Shown: one piece after another, positions 8,337 through 17,470 of the stretch | How the letters are laid out: each line of letters opens with the position of its first letter | Position numbering within the stretch: the stretch's first letter is position 1 | Assembly: GCA_013288575.1 (NCBI GenBank) | Contig: JABDBO010000003.1 | Coordinates: 1-33,784, forward strand | DNA from: Alphaproteobacteria bacterium | GTDB lineage: Bacteria > Pseudomonadota > Alphaproteobacteria > Rickettsiales > 21-14-0-20-44-7 | Direction of reading: 5' to 3' | Length of the DNA stretch: 33,784 nt | Notes under the pieces: generated by a model | The model's input: the letters and a program-made list of their open reading frames with translations, nothing else | Databases searched by the model: none | Told to the model about the DNA's origin: nothing | Translations under genes and position numbers: made by a program

Positions 8337-11300
8337 ATGACCAAAAACTCAGCTCAAAACACGCATATGAACAAGACTACCACAAAAACCTCTACGACCA
8401 ATAAGAAATCTCAAGGAAAAAACATTTCGCCGTTGGAACAATTCACCCAGAATTTTTATTCTTATGCTTTTGAAGATGAGTTGAAATACCAATCCCGCGA
8501 TGAACTTCTCGCTAAAACTGAAAATGCTTTCAAATTTTTTGAAAAGCGCAAACCTCATGAACCGAAAATTGAAATTGATCCGCCACAAGGCAAAGATCTA
8601 AAACCGCGCACAATTTTAAAAGTCTTGAACGACGATAAAACTTTTTTGGTTGATTCTGTCATCGCCGAAGTCAGCCGTCTTGGTTACAAAATTTATGAAA
8701 TTTACCACCCGGTTCTAAAAGTAAACCGCGATAAAAGCGGCAAATTTACCGAGTTTGATTCTAAACACGGCAAGGCTGAATCTCTCATCTATTTAAAAAT
8801 CAGCTATATCGAACACCAAGTCGCTATTGATTCACTCAAGAAAAACCTCGAAGCCGTTCTCCGCGCACTTTACTTGGCCGTTGACGACTGGCGCTCGATG
8901 CTGGTCAAAGTTGATGAAACCGTCAAATCAATGCATCTTGCCCAAAGCAGCTTCCCTAATGATGAAGTTGATGAAACTACTGATTTCCTAAAATGGCTGG
9001 CTGATGATCACTTCACATTCTTAGGCTACAGCGAATATGAAATTTCGCCAAAAAGCAAAAAGCTAAAACTTATAGAAGATTCTAACCTCGGCGTTTCTCG
9101 CCCTGAAGCTGCGCAACTCACAGATATTTCACCGGAAGAACAGGCAAAACTTTCTGCCGATGGCGACCTATTGCAGATTACAAAATCCGATAATAAAGCA
9201 ATCGTTCATCGCAGCGTTTACATGGACCACATCGCCGTCAAAAAATTTGATGGTAATGGCAAAATCATCGGCGAGCGCCGTTTCTTGGGCCTTTTTGCCA
9301 GCAGCGCTTACTATCAGATGACGAATACAATCCCAATCATCCGCCGCAAAGTAAAATACGTCCAAGGCAAATCCGGTTTCGCCCGCGGTGGCCACTCAGC
9401 CAAAATCGTCCAGTTTATTTTAGACTCATATCCACGCGACGAAATTTTCCAAAGCAATGCCGACCAACTCCTCAAAAATATCCTCTCCATTCTCGAATTA
9501 ATGGAGCGCCCGCGCGTCGGCCTCTACATGCGCAATGACCGTTTTGACCGTTTCATTTCCTGCTTAATTTATGTTCCGAAAGAGAAATTCGATACGAATT
9601 TGCGCTTCCGCATCCAGCGCATTTTAGAAAAATCACTCGAGGGCAAAGTCACCGAATATTATACACAAATTTCTGATTCACCGCTCTCACGCCTGCATCT
9701 TATCATCAAGCCAAACAGCAAAATTGGCAAATATGATGTTGAAGAACTCCGCACCAAAATCGCCGAAGTTTCCAATTTATGGTCAGACGAACTTTTGGCA
9801 ACTCTCGCCGAAAAATTTGGTGACCGCAAAGGCGAACAGCTTTTCACCAAATATGAAAATGCTTTCCCGAAAGATTACACCGCAATTTACAGCTCAAAAC
9901 ACGCCATCAGTGATATCAACAAAATCGAAGAATCGCTAAACGCGCATCGCCTCGAAGTTGAATTCTACCAATCAAAAGAAGATGGCGAAGTTGATAGCTA
10001 CCACCTAAAAACCTTCAACCCGGGTGACGCAATCGCACTTTCTGACGTGCTCCCAATTCTCGAAAACTTTGGCCTGCGCGTAATTTCTGAAAAACCATTC
10101 TTCGTTGAACCGGCCGGTGGCGAAGTCGGCGTCGGTATTTCAGATTTCGAAGTTGAGCCGATGAACAAACAGCCGATTAATCTCGAAGAAATAAAAGAAC
10201 TGCTCGAAACTGCCTTCAAAAAAGTTATCTTAGTTGAGGCCGAAAATGACCAGCTCAACAAGCTCGTGATTTTTGCTAACCTTCCTTGGCGCGATATCGT
10301 GCTGCTCCGCGCTTACACTCGTTATCTCCGCCAGGCAGGTCTTGCCCTCGGCATCAACTTCTTCATGGATGCGCTTGTCAACCAAGCCAAACTCTCAAGC
10401 CGGTTGGTTGATTTGTTCCACTCTTATTTTGATCCGAAAACCAAATTAAAAGCTGAAGATATTATTGCTGAAATCAATGAAGATTTAGCCAATGTTTCTA
10501 ACCTAAACGAAGACCGCGCCATCCGCCGCTTGAGTGAAACTATTGAAGCCACGCTTCGCACCAATTTCTTCCAAACTACTGATGTTGGTAGCAACAAATC
10601 ATACGTTTCCTTCAAATTTGATTCGCGCAAAGTGCCAGACTTGCCATTGCCGCGCCCACTCTATGAAGTTTTCGTCTACGCTCCATTCGTCGAAGGCATT
10701 CACTTACGCGGCGGCATGGTTGCCCGCGGTGGCCTCCGCTGGTCAGACCGGTCTGAAGATTTCCGCACCGAAATTTTGGGCCTCATGAAAGCGCAAATGG
10801 TCAAAAATTCCGTTATCGTGCCAGTCGGTTCCAAAGGCGGCTTCATCGTAAAAGGCCATGTGCCGGATGACCGTGACGCCAAATTGAAACAAGGCATCGA
10901 ATGCTACAAAACTTTCTTGCGCGGTGTGCTTGATGTTACTGATAACATCGTCAAAGGCAAAATCGCCCCACCGCAAAATGTCACTCGCCGTGACGGGGAT
11001 GATCCATACCTCGTAGTTGCCGCCGATAAAGGCACCGCAACATTCTCAGACATCGCCAACAGCGTTTCTGAAGAATACGGCTTCTGGCTCGGCGACGCAT
11101 TCGCATCAGGCGGAAGCGCCGGTTACGACCACAAAAAAATGGGCATCACCGCCAAAGGCGCATGGATTTCCGTCCAACGCCACTTCCGCGAAATCGGCGT
11201 TGATGTGCAATCACAAGATTTCACCTGCGTCGGCGTGGGTGATATGTCCGGCGACGTTTTCGGCAATGGCATGCTGCTTTCCGAACACATCAAATTAGTT

Positions 11301-13121
11301 GCCGCATTCAACCACATGCACATCTTCCTCGACCCAACTCCTGATGCTGCATCAAGCTTCAAAGAACGCGACCGCCTGTTCCAACTCCCACGCTCCGGCT
11401 GGGATGATTACGACAAAAAACTCATCTCCAAAGGCGGCGGAATTTTCAAACGTTCCGACAAATCAATCAAACTAACGCCGGAAGTAAAACAAGCGCTCGA
11501 CATTAAAGAAAATGAGTTAAACCCTGATGAGCTAATCCGCGCCATCCTAAAATCTCCAGTTGATCTATTGTGGAACGGCGGCATCGGCACTTATGTAAAA
11601 GCTGAGCTAGAGACTGCGCGCGATGTCGGTGATAAAAACAACGACAACTTGCGCATCAACGGCAAAGAACTCCGCGCCAAAGTAGCTGGTGAAGGTGGCA
11701 ACTTAGGTTTCACCCAACTCGGCCGCATCGAATACGCACTTAACGGTGGCCGCTTAAACACCGACGCTATCGATAACTCGGCTGGCGTTGACACTTCCGA
11801 TCATGAAGTAAACATCAAAATTCCTCTACAAGCCGCGATCGAGAAAAAGAAACTTAACATTGCCAACCGCAACAAGTTGTTGGTAAAAATGACAGATGAA
11901 ATCGCTGATCTGGTGCTACGCGATAACTACCTGCAAACTCAGGCAATCTCGATTGCCGAAACCCGTGGATATCTTGGCAACGAAGCTCGCGCCGCACTCA
12001 TGCGCAAACTTGAAGAAGACGGTTTGCTAAAACGCAAAATCGAATTCTTACCAAGTGATGAAGAAATCTTGCGCCGCACATCTTTAAAACTTTCCTTCAC
12101 CCGTCCGGAAGTTTCGGTACTGCTCGCATATAGCAAAATGTGGCTCTACAACCAGCTCATCGAATCTGATCTGCCAGATGATGAATATTTCAAAATTGAT
12201 TTGAACCGCTATTTCCCGGTCGAATTACAAAAGAAATATAAAACCGAGTTGGAAGATCACAAACTCCGCCGCGAAATTATTGCGACATTTGCCACCAACT
12301 CAATCGTCAACCGCGCCGGTTCGACATTCTTCTCAACCATTATCAAAGACACTGGCATGAGTGCGAGCGATATCGCCCGCGCTTACACCGTAACTCGCGA
12401 CGCCTTCAAACTGCGCGACTTATGGAAAGCGATTGAAAACCTCGATGGCAAAGTCGAAGCAAAAGTTCAATATGAAATGTTCCTCTCCATCGGCCGTTTC
12501 ATCGAGCGCCAAACCTTGTGGTTCCTCCGCAACTTGCCATTACCAATCAATGTGGAAAAAACCATCAAGGAATATGCCACCGATATTGCTGAATTCTCCA
12601 GCAAACTTTCCAGCATGTTAAACGAACTGGTTTCCGAACAAATCGAAAAACAGGAAGCCGCACTTACCGAGAAAAACGTTCCGCTCGCACTTGCCAAAAA
12701 AGTGTCATCACTTCGCGCGCTGATTTCCGCCTGCGACGTAGCACTCATCACCCGCACCAGCAAACTGCCGCTGCACATCGTCGGTAAAGTTTATTTCCAA
12801 CTCGGCCAGCGCCTGTCATTCAACTGGCTGCGCCTTGCCGCGCTCGAAATGCCGGCCGATACTTACTGGCAGCGTTTGGCAATTAAAAACCTTATCGATT
12901 CACTCTTTGAGCAACAACGCCGCATCGCTCGCGAAATTACGAGCAGCGCCTGTAAGGGTGATAAATGCGACACCGCATTAGACACCTGGACGGAGAAAAA
13001 CGCCGGCAACCTGGAACGCCACGATAAAATGATCGCCGAGTTGCAACAGTCATCCGATAAGTTTGATTTGGCTATGTTGATAGCGGCAGTGCGCAGAATC
13101 GAAAGCTTGGGCTCGGTTTAA
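8337..13121 (+). CDS. gdhB: Large-subunit NAD-specific glutamate dehydrogenase
   Basis: About 1600 aa. EGIHLRGGMVARGGLRWSDR, VAADKGTATFSD, GVGDMSGDVFGNGML, TDAIDNSAGVDTSDHEVNIKI. Start is uncertain (8319 TTG, 8337 or 8367 ATG). Confidence 0.95.
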   Translation: MTKNSAQNTHMNKTTTKTSTTNKKSQGKNISPLEQFTQNFYSYAFEDELKYQSRDELLAKTENAFKFFEKRKPHEPKIEIDPPQGKDLKPRTILKVLNDDKTFLVDSVIAEVSRLGYKIYEIYHPVLKVNRDKSGKFTEFDSKHGKAESLIYLKISYIEHQVAIDSLKKNLEAVLRALYLAVDDWRSMLVKVDETVKSMHLAQSSFPNDEVDETTDFLKWLADDHFTFLGYSEYEISPKSKKLKLIEDSNLGVSRPEAAQLTDISPEEQAKLSADGDLLQITKSDNKAIVHRSVYMDHIAVKKFDGNGKIIGERRFLGLFASSAYYQMTNTIPIIRRKVKYVQGKSGFARGGHSAKIVQFILDSYPRDEIFQSNADQLLKNILSILELMERPRVGLYMRNDRFDRFISCLIYVPKEKFDTNLRFRIQRILEKSLEGKVTEYYTQISDSPLSRLHLIIKPNSKIGKYDVEELRTKIAEVSNLWSDELLATLAEKFGDRKGEQLFTKYENAFPKDYTAIYSSKHAISDINKIEESLNAHRLEVEFYQSKEDGEVDSYHLKTFNPGDAIALSDVLPILENFGLRVISEKPFFVEPAGGEVGVGISDFEVEPMNKQPINLEEIKELLETAFKKVILVEAENDQLNKLVIFANLPWRDIVLLRAYTRYLRQAGLALGINFFMDALVNQAKLSSRLVDLFHSYFDPKTKLKAEDIIAEINEDLANVSNLNEDRAIRRLSETIEATLRTNFFQTTDVGSNKSYVSFKFDSRKVPDLPLPRPLYEVFVYAPFVEGIHLRGGMVARGGLRWSDRSEDFRTEILGLMKAQMVKNSVIVPVGSKGGFIVKGHVPDDRDAKLKQGIECYKTFLRGVLDVTDNIVKGKIAPPQNVTRRDGDDPYLVVAADKGTATFSDIANSVSEEYGFWLGDAFASGGSAGYDHKKMGITAKGAWISVQRHFREIGVDVQSQDFTCVGVGDMSGDVFGNGMLLSEHIKLVAAFNHMHIFLDPTPDAASSFKERDRLFQLPRSGWDDYDKKLISKGGGIFKRSDKSIKLTPEVKQALDIKENELNPDELIRAILKSPVDLLWNGGIGTYVKAELETARDVGDKNNDNLRINGKELRAKVAGEGGNLGFTQLGRIEYALNGGRLNTDAIDNSAGVDTSDHEVNIKIPLQAAIEKKKLNIANRNKLLVKMTDEIADLVLRDNYLQTQAISIAETRGYLGNEARAALMRKLEEDGLLKRKIEFLPSDEEILRRTSLKLSFTRPEVSVLLAYSKMWLYNQLIESDLPDDEYFKIDLNRYFPVELQKKYKTELEDHKLRREIIATFATNSIVNRAGSTFFSTIIKDTGMSASDIARAYTVTRDAFKLRDLWKAIENLDGKVEAKVQYEMFLSIGRFIERQTLWFLRNLPLPINVEKTIKEYATDIAEFSSKLSSMLNELVSEQIEKQEAALTEKNVPLALAKKVSSLRALISACDVALITRTSKLPLHIVGKVYFQLGQRLSFNWLRLAALEMPADTYWQRLAIKNLIDSLFEQQRRIAREITSSACKGDKCDTALDTWTEKNAGNLERHDKMIAELQQSSDKFDLAMLIAAVRRIESLGSV

Positions 13122-13124
13122 TAC

Positions 13125-13195
13125 GTCGTCCTGCGGCTCGACCGCAGGATCTGGTTTCACAATCAGGAGATCCTATGGTCAAGCCATAGGATGAC
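13125..13195. repeat. 71-bp REP doublet, left copy (type A)
   Basis: GTCGTCCTGCGGCTCGACCGCAGGATC..GATCCTATGGTCAAGCCATAGGATGAC. 69/71 identical to the reverse complement of 13846-13916. Confidence 0.9.
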
Positions 13196-13221
13196 GTTTA
13201 TAATAAAATTTAAAGAACAGA

Positions 13222-13291
13222 GAGCCGTCAGCCCGACGCATCCGTCGGCGTTACCAAACGCGAGCATGCGCAATGCTCGTTTGGTAACAAT
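13222..13291 (+). repeat. Structured repeat type B, copy 1
   Basis: GAGCCGTCAGCC, short hairpin CGACG-CATC-CGTCG, long hairpin GTTACCAAAC..GTTTGGTAAC. Confidence 0.85.
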
Positions 13292-13308
13292 AAAAATACC
13301 CACCTAAT

Positions 13309-13338
13309 TTGACTATTAGCTTCCCCCATGCCTAGAAT
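13309..13338 (+). promoter_or_regulatory. Sigma70-type promoter for the RelB/DinJ-like gene
   Basis: TTGACT-18 nt-TAGAAT. Confidence 0.55.
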
Positions 13339-13342
13339 TTTC

Positions 13343-13411
13343 ATGTAGAGCCAATTTCTGCCTTTCTAACGTTCTCTAGCGTCTTGAAAATGACGGGAAG
13401 TGGCTCTGCAT
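13343..13411 (+). promoter_or_regulatory. Putative structured 5' leader RNA
   Basis: ATGTAGAGCCAATTTC can pair with GAAGTGGCTCTGCAT (with G-U pairs), starting at the predicted transcription start. Confidence 0.45.
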
Positions 13412-13453
13412 GGCCATCAAAAATTCAACGAAATCAAACAAAAACAATAGCTT

Positions 13454-13765
13454 ATGCAAGAAAATAATGAAAAATCCACAATTCGCGTTTCAATGCCGGT
13501 TAAAACACTGAACGAAATCGAAGATATTCTCGCCGAAACCGGCCTTGAGATTCACGAAGCAGTGCGCTTATATTTAAGCCAAATCGTGCTAAATCACGGC
13601 ATTCCTTATAATGGTTTCAAATCCGGTTTAAAGCCAAAACCTATTAAAGAAAAAAAGCGCGATCAAAAGCGGGAATTTATGCTGGAAGCCGCAGAGCGCG
13701 AACTTGCCATTAGCAAAACTCACAAGGAAATAAAACACAGTGGCGGCCAAATTCCGAAATTATGA
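13454..13765 (+). CDS. RelB/DinJ-family ribbon-helix-helix antitoxin-like protein, no adjacent toxin
   Basis: STIRVSMP..LNEIEDILAETGLEIHEAVRLYLSQIVLNHGIPY follows the DinJ/RelB pattern (..IL...GL....A.R..L..I....GIPF). Confidence 0.75.
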   Translation: MQENNEKSTIRVSMPVKTLNEIEDILAETGLEIHEAVRLYLSQIVLNHGIPYNGFKSGLKPKPIKEKKRDQKREFMLEAAERELAISKTHKEIKHSGGQIPKL

Positions 13766-13833
13766 TTGTTACCAAACGAACGCTCGGGTGCTCGCGTTTG
13801 GTAACAGCGCTGGATGCAGCGGGCTGACGGCTC
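13765..13833 (-). repeat. Structured repeat type B, copy 2 (inverted relative to copy 1)
   Basis: Minus strand GAGCCGTCAGCC-CGCTG-CATC-CAGCG-CT-GTTACCAAACGCGAGCA..CGTTTGGTAACAAT. Confidence 0.85.
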
Positions 13834-13845
13834 CCTAGTCTTGAC

Positions 13846-13916
13846 GTCATCCTATGGCTTGACCATAGGATCTCTTGATTGTGAAACCAGATCCTGCGGT
13901 CGAGCCGCAGGATGAC
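13846..13916. repeat. 71-bp REP doublet, right copy (type A), inverted relative to 13125-13195
   Basis: GTCATCCTATGGCTTGACCATAGGATC..GATCCTGCGGTCGAGCCGCAGGATGAC. Confidence 0.9.
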
Positions 13917-13949
13917 GAATTCTGAGAACACAGGAAATATTTTCCCCTG

Positions 13950-13987
13950 CTAACGAAATCTTAATACTTGCCCCCCATGATGGTAAT
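13950..13987 (+). promoter_or_regulatory. Putative CtrA-dependent leaderless promoter of the MinD/FlhG gene
   Basis: CTAA-N7-TTAA (13950-13964), 11 nt, CATGAT (13976-13981), 6 nt, ATG. Confidence 0.6.
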
Positions 13988-14737
13988 ATGAAAAGCAAAG
14001 ACAATATATTAGCAATAGCCTCCGGCAAAGGCGGCGTCGGCAAAACCTGGGTTTCCACAACGATTTCGCATATTTTCGCCAATTCTGGCCGCAAGGCATT
14101 ATTATTTGATGGTGATATTGGCCTGGCCAATGTCGATGTCCAACTCGGCCTTTCACCGGCAGTTGATTTAAGCGATGTTTTCACCGGCAAAGCTACTTTG
14201 GCCCAAGCCGTAACCCATTATGATGAAGGCAATTTTGATATCATCGCCGGTCGTTCGGGCAGCGGGTCACTTGCCAATTTATCGGTCGATAAAATCAATT
14301 CACTTAGCCGGGAACTTGATGCGCTCGCCAAAACTTATGATCTCGTGCTGCTTGATCTCGGCGCGGGTATTGAACAACAAGTGCAAGCCATGGCCCAACT
14401 TGCCAGCCGCTGTTTAATTGTCATTACCGATGAGCCGACTTCGCTTACCGATGCTTATGCATTTATCAAAATTCTCCGCATGCAAAATCAAGATGCGGAT
14501 ATCCAAATTATTGTAAACATGGCTGAAAATCAGCGCGAAGGTTTAAAAACTTTTGGCGCCATTAAAAATGCTTGCGAGAGCTTTTTGAAATTTTCACCGC
14601 GCCTGGCGGGAATTGTTCGCCGTGATCCGAAAGTTAAGGAAGCTATACGTTCGCAAACGCCAATTCTCCTTAAAAACTCCAAATCGATGGCCGCCGCCGA
14701 TATCGCCGCATTGGCCGTAAAGCTAATGGCTCGATAG
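13988..14737 (+). CDS. MinD/ParA-family ATPase, FlhG/FleN/MotR-like flagellar regulator
   Basis: IASGKGGVGKT deviant Walker A, FDGDIGLANVD, LDLGAGI, EPTSLTDAYAFIK. Flagellar neighbourhood. Confidence 0.88.
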   Translation: MKSKDNILAIASGKGGVGKTWVSTTISHIFANSGRKALLFDGDIGLANVDVQLGLSPAVDLSDVFTGKATLAQAVTHYDEGNFDIIAGRSGSGSLANLSVDKINSLSRELDALAKTYDLVLLDLGAGIEQQVQAMAQLASRCLIVITDEPTSLTDAYAFIKILRMQNQDADIQIIVNMAENQREGLKTFGAIKNACESFLKFSPRLAGIVRRDPKVKEAIRSQTPILLKNSKSMAAADIAALAVKLMAR

Positions 14738-14838
14738 GAATACTAATTTGCGCTCGGCGCGCAGCCCCCGCCCTCAATGGGCTTGCCTTCCCGCTGGTCA
14801 GGATCCATAGCATCAACTTTGGCGTGGTTTAAGAACCG

Positions 14839-14895
14839 GAGCCGTCAGCCCGCAGAGCGGTAGTTTAAAGTAGCGCCCGAGCGCTGCCTTTAAAC
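14839..14895 (+). repeat. Structured repeat type B, copy 3 (divergent)
   Basis: GAGCCGTCAGC, hairpin CCGC-AGA-GCGG, long hairpin GTTTAAAG-TAGCGC-CCGA-GCGCTG-C-CTTTAAAC. Confidence 0.7.
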
Positions 14896-14905
14896 ATTTA
14901 TAAAG

Positions 14906-14944
14906 TTCATAAAATCTTAAGACTTTATGAATAAAATCAAATAC
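14906..14944 (+). promoter_or_regulatory. Putative CtrA-dependent leaderless promoter of the FliK-like gene
   Basis: TTCA-N7-TTAA (14906-14920), 11 nt, TAAAAT (14932-14937), 7 nt, ATG at 14945. Confidence 0.6.
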
Positions 14945-16747
14945 ATGGACGTGCCTATTATACCGCCAGTCACTATCCCGCCGCCGCAACCTGCCCCGCA
15001 AGCTGCGCTTAATCAAGGTACGCAGAATAATGCGCCACAAGTTCAGCAGCAACAAACTCAAGCCATCAACCAAATTCCTTTGGGGATCACGGTCGGCCAA
15101 GTGGCCGGTAATGACAAAAACGGTAACTTAATCGTGCGCCTTGCTGGCAGTGATCTGGTTCTCTCAAGCCCAATTGCTTTAGCAAAAGATGCGCTGGTGA
15201 CTTTGAAAATTGATAATATCAGCAGCAATTTGGCCGTGCAGCTTTTAAGCGTTGATGGCAAAACTCCAGCTTCGCAGCCGCAAGCTTTATCAAACCAGTT
15301 GCAACAAAATCCACCAAAAGACCAAAACCAGAATTCGCAAAACCAATTCCAGCAAAATCAGAACGGCAGCGTACCGCTGAAACTTGTTTCGATATTAAAT
15401 TCCAACAGCAGCACAAAACCTGCCGAACCACCTGCTCCTCAGCCAAACCAGGCGCAACCCGCGCAGGTTTATAAAACTGATACGGTAACTCTCACCTCGC
15501 CGCAAACCACTGCCGTTAAGGGAATTATCATCACTCTAGCGCCCGAAGCTGTTCAAAATCTAAAAGCGAATCTGCCATTTGATGAAGGTGATTCAGCCAA
15601 ACTTGCCGATTCTATACCTGAAGAAATCAAACCCGGCACGCAAGTAAATGCAAAAATCACCAGCATTGCCCAACCGCCGCAAAATCCAAATCAGCAGGTG
15701 CAAACTGAAAATAAAACCCTTGCCAAGCAAGATTGGATGCAGCCAGAACAACAAGCCCTAAAAGAATCTGCTGATGAGCCAAATGCTCCCCAGGTAAAAT
15801 TGCAAGAACAGGCCGATAATTTCACCCCCACCCTGCGCCCATTATCCAATGGCAATATCCAGATGAATGCGCGGGTGCTTGATGCCAAACCAAATGGCGA
15901 AATGCTGGTCGAAACTAAAATCGGCAAAATTCTAATTAGCAGCAATCCGCAAATTTCTACCGCCGTCAAAGGCGCGATATTAAAACTTGAACTAACAAAT
16001 TTCAGTCCGCCGGAAAAGGCTGATATTGAATTGCCAAGTGGTGATCAACTACCGCCGGCCCAACAGCTCGGCCATGATTGGCCGGCTCTCAAAACTTTAG
16101 CTGAGCGCGCTGACGAACTCGGCATGCCGCAACTTACCAATCAGCTCGCAGGGATTGATTCAGCTTTCGCTGGCCGTTTAGCAGGTTTTATCAATGCTAT
16201 GAAAACCGGCGATCTTAAAGCCTGGCTTGGTGAAAATGCTTATGACCTGCTTGATGATGGTGATTCTGGCAGCAATCTTTTGGCCAAGCTTAGAGGCGAT
16301 ATAAATAACATCCGCGATATTTTCAACCAGCGTGATAATGGCTGGCAAACTATGCTATTCCCTGTTTATGACGGGAACAGTTTATATCAGGCGCGCATGC
16401 ATGTGAAATATCTGCCTGATGAAGAAACCGGCCAGCCGGATAAAGCCAGCGGCACGCGTTTCATTGTTGAAGTTGATACTAGCCATTTCGGTGAAATTCA
16501 GCTTGATGGTTTAGTGCGCGGCAATATGACAGCCAAACATTTTGATTTAATGGTGCGCACACATAAGAATTTAGAGCTTAATATCCAGGATGATATTCGC
16601 AATATTTTCAGTTCAGCTGGTGAAATTACCGGCTTCCATGGTGATATTGAATTTTCAACCATGAAGGAATTCCCGGTAAATTTGTTTGATAAAATGGTCA
16701 ATAGCTCGCTCGCCAAAAAAATCGACCATAAAGGAATCGAGGCTTAA
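14945..16747 (+). CDS. Pro/Gln-rich protein with a FliK-like (hook-length control) C-terminal domain
   Basis: Long low-complexity P/Q/N tracts, then WQTMLFP..RFIVEVDTSHFGEIQLDGLV..FDLMVRT. Next to MinD/FlhG, fliJ and fliI. ORF track start is 14927; promoter geometry favours 14945. Confidence 0.62.
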   Translation: MDVPIIPPVTIPPPQPAPQAALNQGTQNNAPQVQQQQTQAINQIPLGITVGQVAGNDKNGNLIVRLAGSDLVLSSPIALAKDALVTLKIDNISSNLAVQLLSVDGKTPASQPQALSNQLQQNPPKDQNQNSQNQFQQNQNGSVPLKLVSILNSNSSTKPAEPPAPQPNQAQPAQVYKTDTVTLTSPQTTAVKGIIITLAPEAVQNLKANLPFDEGDSAKLADSIPEEIKPGTQVNAKITSIAQPPQNPNQQVQTENKTLAKQDWMQPEQQALKESADEPNAPQVKLQEQADNFTPTLRPLSNGNIQMNARVLDAKPNGEMLVETKIGKILISSNPQISTAVKGAILKLELTNFSPPEKADIELPSGDQLPPAQQLGHDWPALKTLAERADELGMPQLTNQLAGIDSAFAGRLAGFINAMKTGDLKAWLGENAYDLLDDGDSGSNLLAKLRGDINNIRDIFNQRDNGWQTMLFPVYDGNSLYQARMHVKYLPDEETGQPDKASGTRFIVEVDTSHFGEIQLDGLVRGNMTAKHFDLMVRTHKNLELNIQDDIRNIFSSAGEITGFHGDIEFSTMKEFPVNLFDKMVNSSLAKKIDHKGIEA

Positions 16748-16756
16748 ATTTTCGAA

Positions 16757-17470
16757 CTACTGCAGCGCCATCATATAATAAAATTGCCCATATACCGAGC
16801 GCGAATCAGTGCAAGGGTAAACCGCCAAATCACCATCGCTGCAATAACCAACCTGGCCGGCAGAATTTGCCAAACCTATTGAACTTCCAACAAACGGCAC
16901 AGAACCAAGCTTGGCCTCAAGCGCTAGTTCGGTGATTGGCATTACCTCAACCATCAGCGAAAAATTCCACGTTCCGCCCACATAATAAGAATCTATTCCC
17001 GGTTTAGAGCCCAAAACTGCAGTAGCTGGGCCTTCTATTTCAGTATAAGGTTCAACAACGCCGGGAATATCTGCAATATTATCAGAATGCGGGCCACCGC
17101 AGGCAGTTGCCGGCGAATACGGAACATAATTACCCGTAATCATGCCAGCTTCCACAAGATGCGCAAATACCTGCTGGTTTTCGGAATTGCTAAGTAAGCC
17201 GTTACACTGCGAACTACTTCCTCCCCCGCCAAGATCTAACTGTTCATCATTATTGCCAGGAGGGATGAAGTTGGAACTATCACCGGGATATTTTTTATAA
17301 TTCAGCCTAAAGTTATTTATCGCAACTTCATATTGCTGCAAATTTCTTATTATTTGCTGGGTCTTGGCTGTGCTTATCATACTTTGCGCAACTAATATGC
17401 CGCCGATAAGCAAGCCAATAATAACCAGCACAATAGAAAGTTCCACTAATGTGAAACCTTTACTGCGCAT
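16757..17470 (-). CDS. Type IV pilin / T2SS pseudopilin-like protein
   Basis: Canonical class III signal MRSKG|FTLVELSIVLVIIGLLIGGIL with Glu5. YPGD motif and paired Cys. Confidence 0.9.
   Translation of the reverse strand: MRSKGFTLVELSIVLVIIGLLIGGILVAQSMISTAKTQQIIRNLQQYEVAINNFRLNYKKYPGDSSNFIPPGNNDEQLDLGGGGSSSQCNGLLSNSENQQVFAHLVEAGMITGNYVPYSPATACGGPHSDNIADIPGVVEPYTEIEGPATAVLGSKPGIDSYYVGGTWNFSLMVEVMPITELALEAKLGSVPFVGSSIGLANSAGQVGYCSDGDLAVYPCTDSRSVYGQFYYMMALQ

Noticed and set aside
167-12778. Many minus-strand ORFs opposite cysNC, the oxidoreductase and gdhB
   Set aside because: Antisense shadows of long genes with biased codon usage; no motifs or start signals.
13125-13916. Possible CRISPR array or integron attC array
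   Set aside because: The repeats are inverted pairs, not regularly spaced direct repeats with unique spacers. No cas or intI gene in the window.
13710-14190. Minus-strand ORFs 13710..13931 and 13852..14190 as a toxin partner for the RelB/DinJ-like gene
   Set aside because: They are translations of palindromic repeats or antisense to MinD, with no RelE/YafQ features.
14945-15800. Q/P/N-rich tracts as a DNA repeat array
   Set aside because: Protein-level low complexity typical of FliK-like linkers; no regular nucleotide period.
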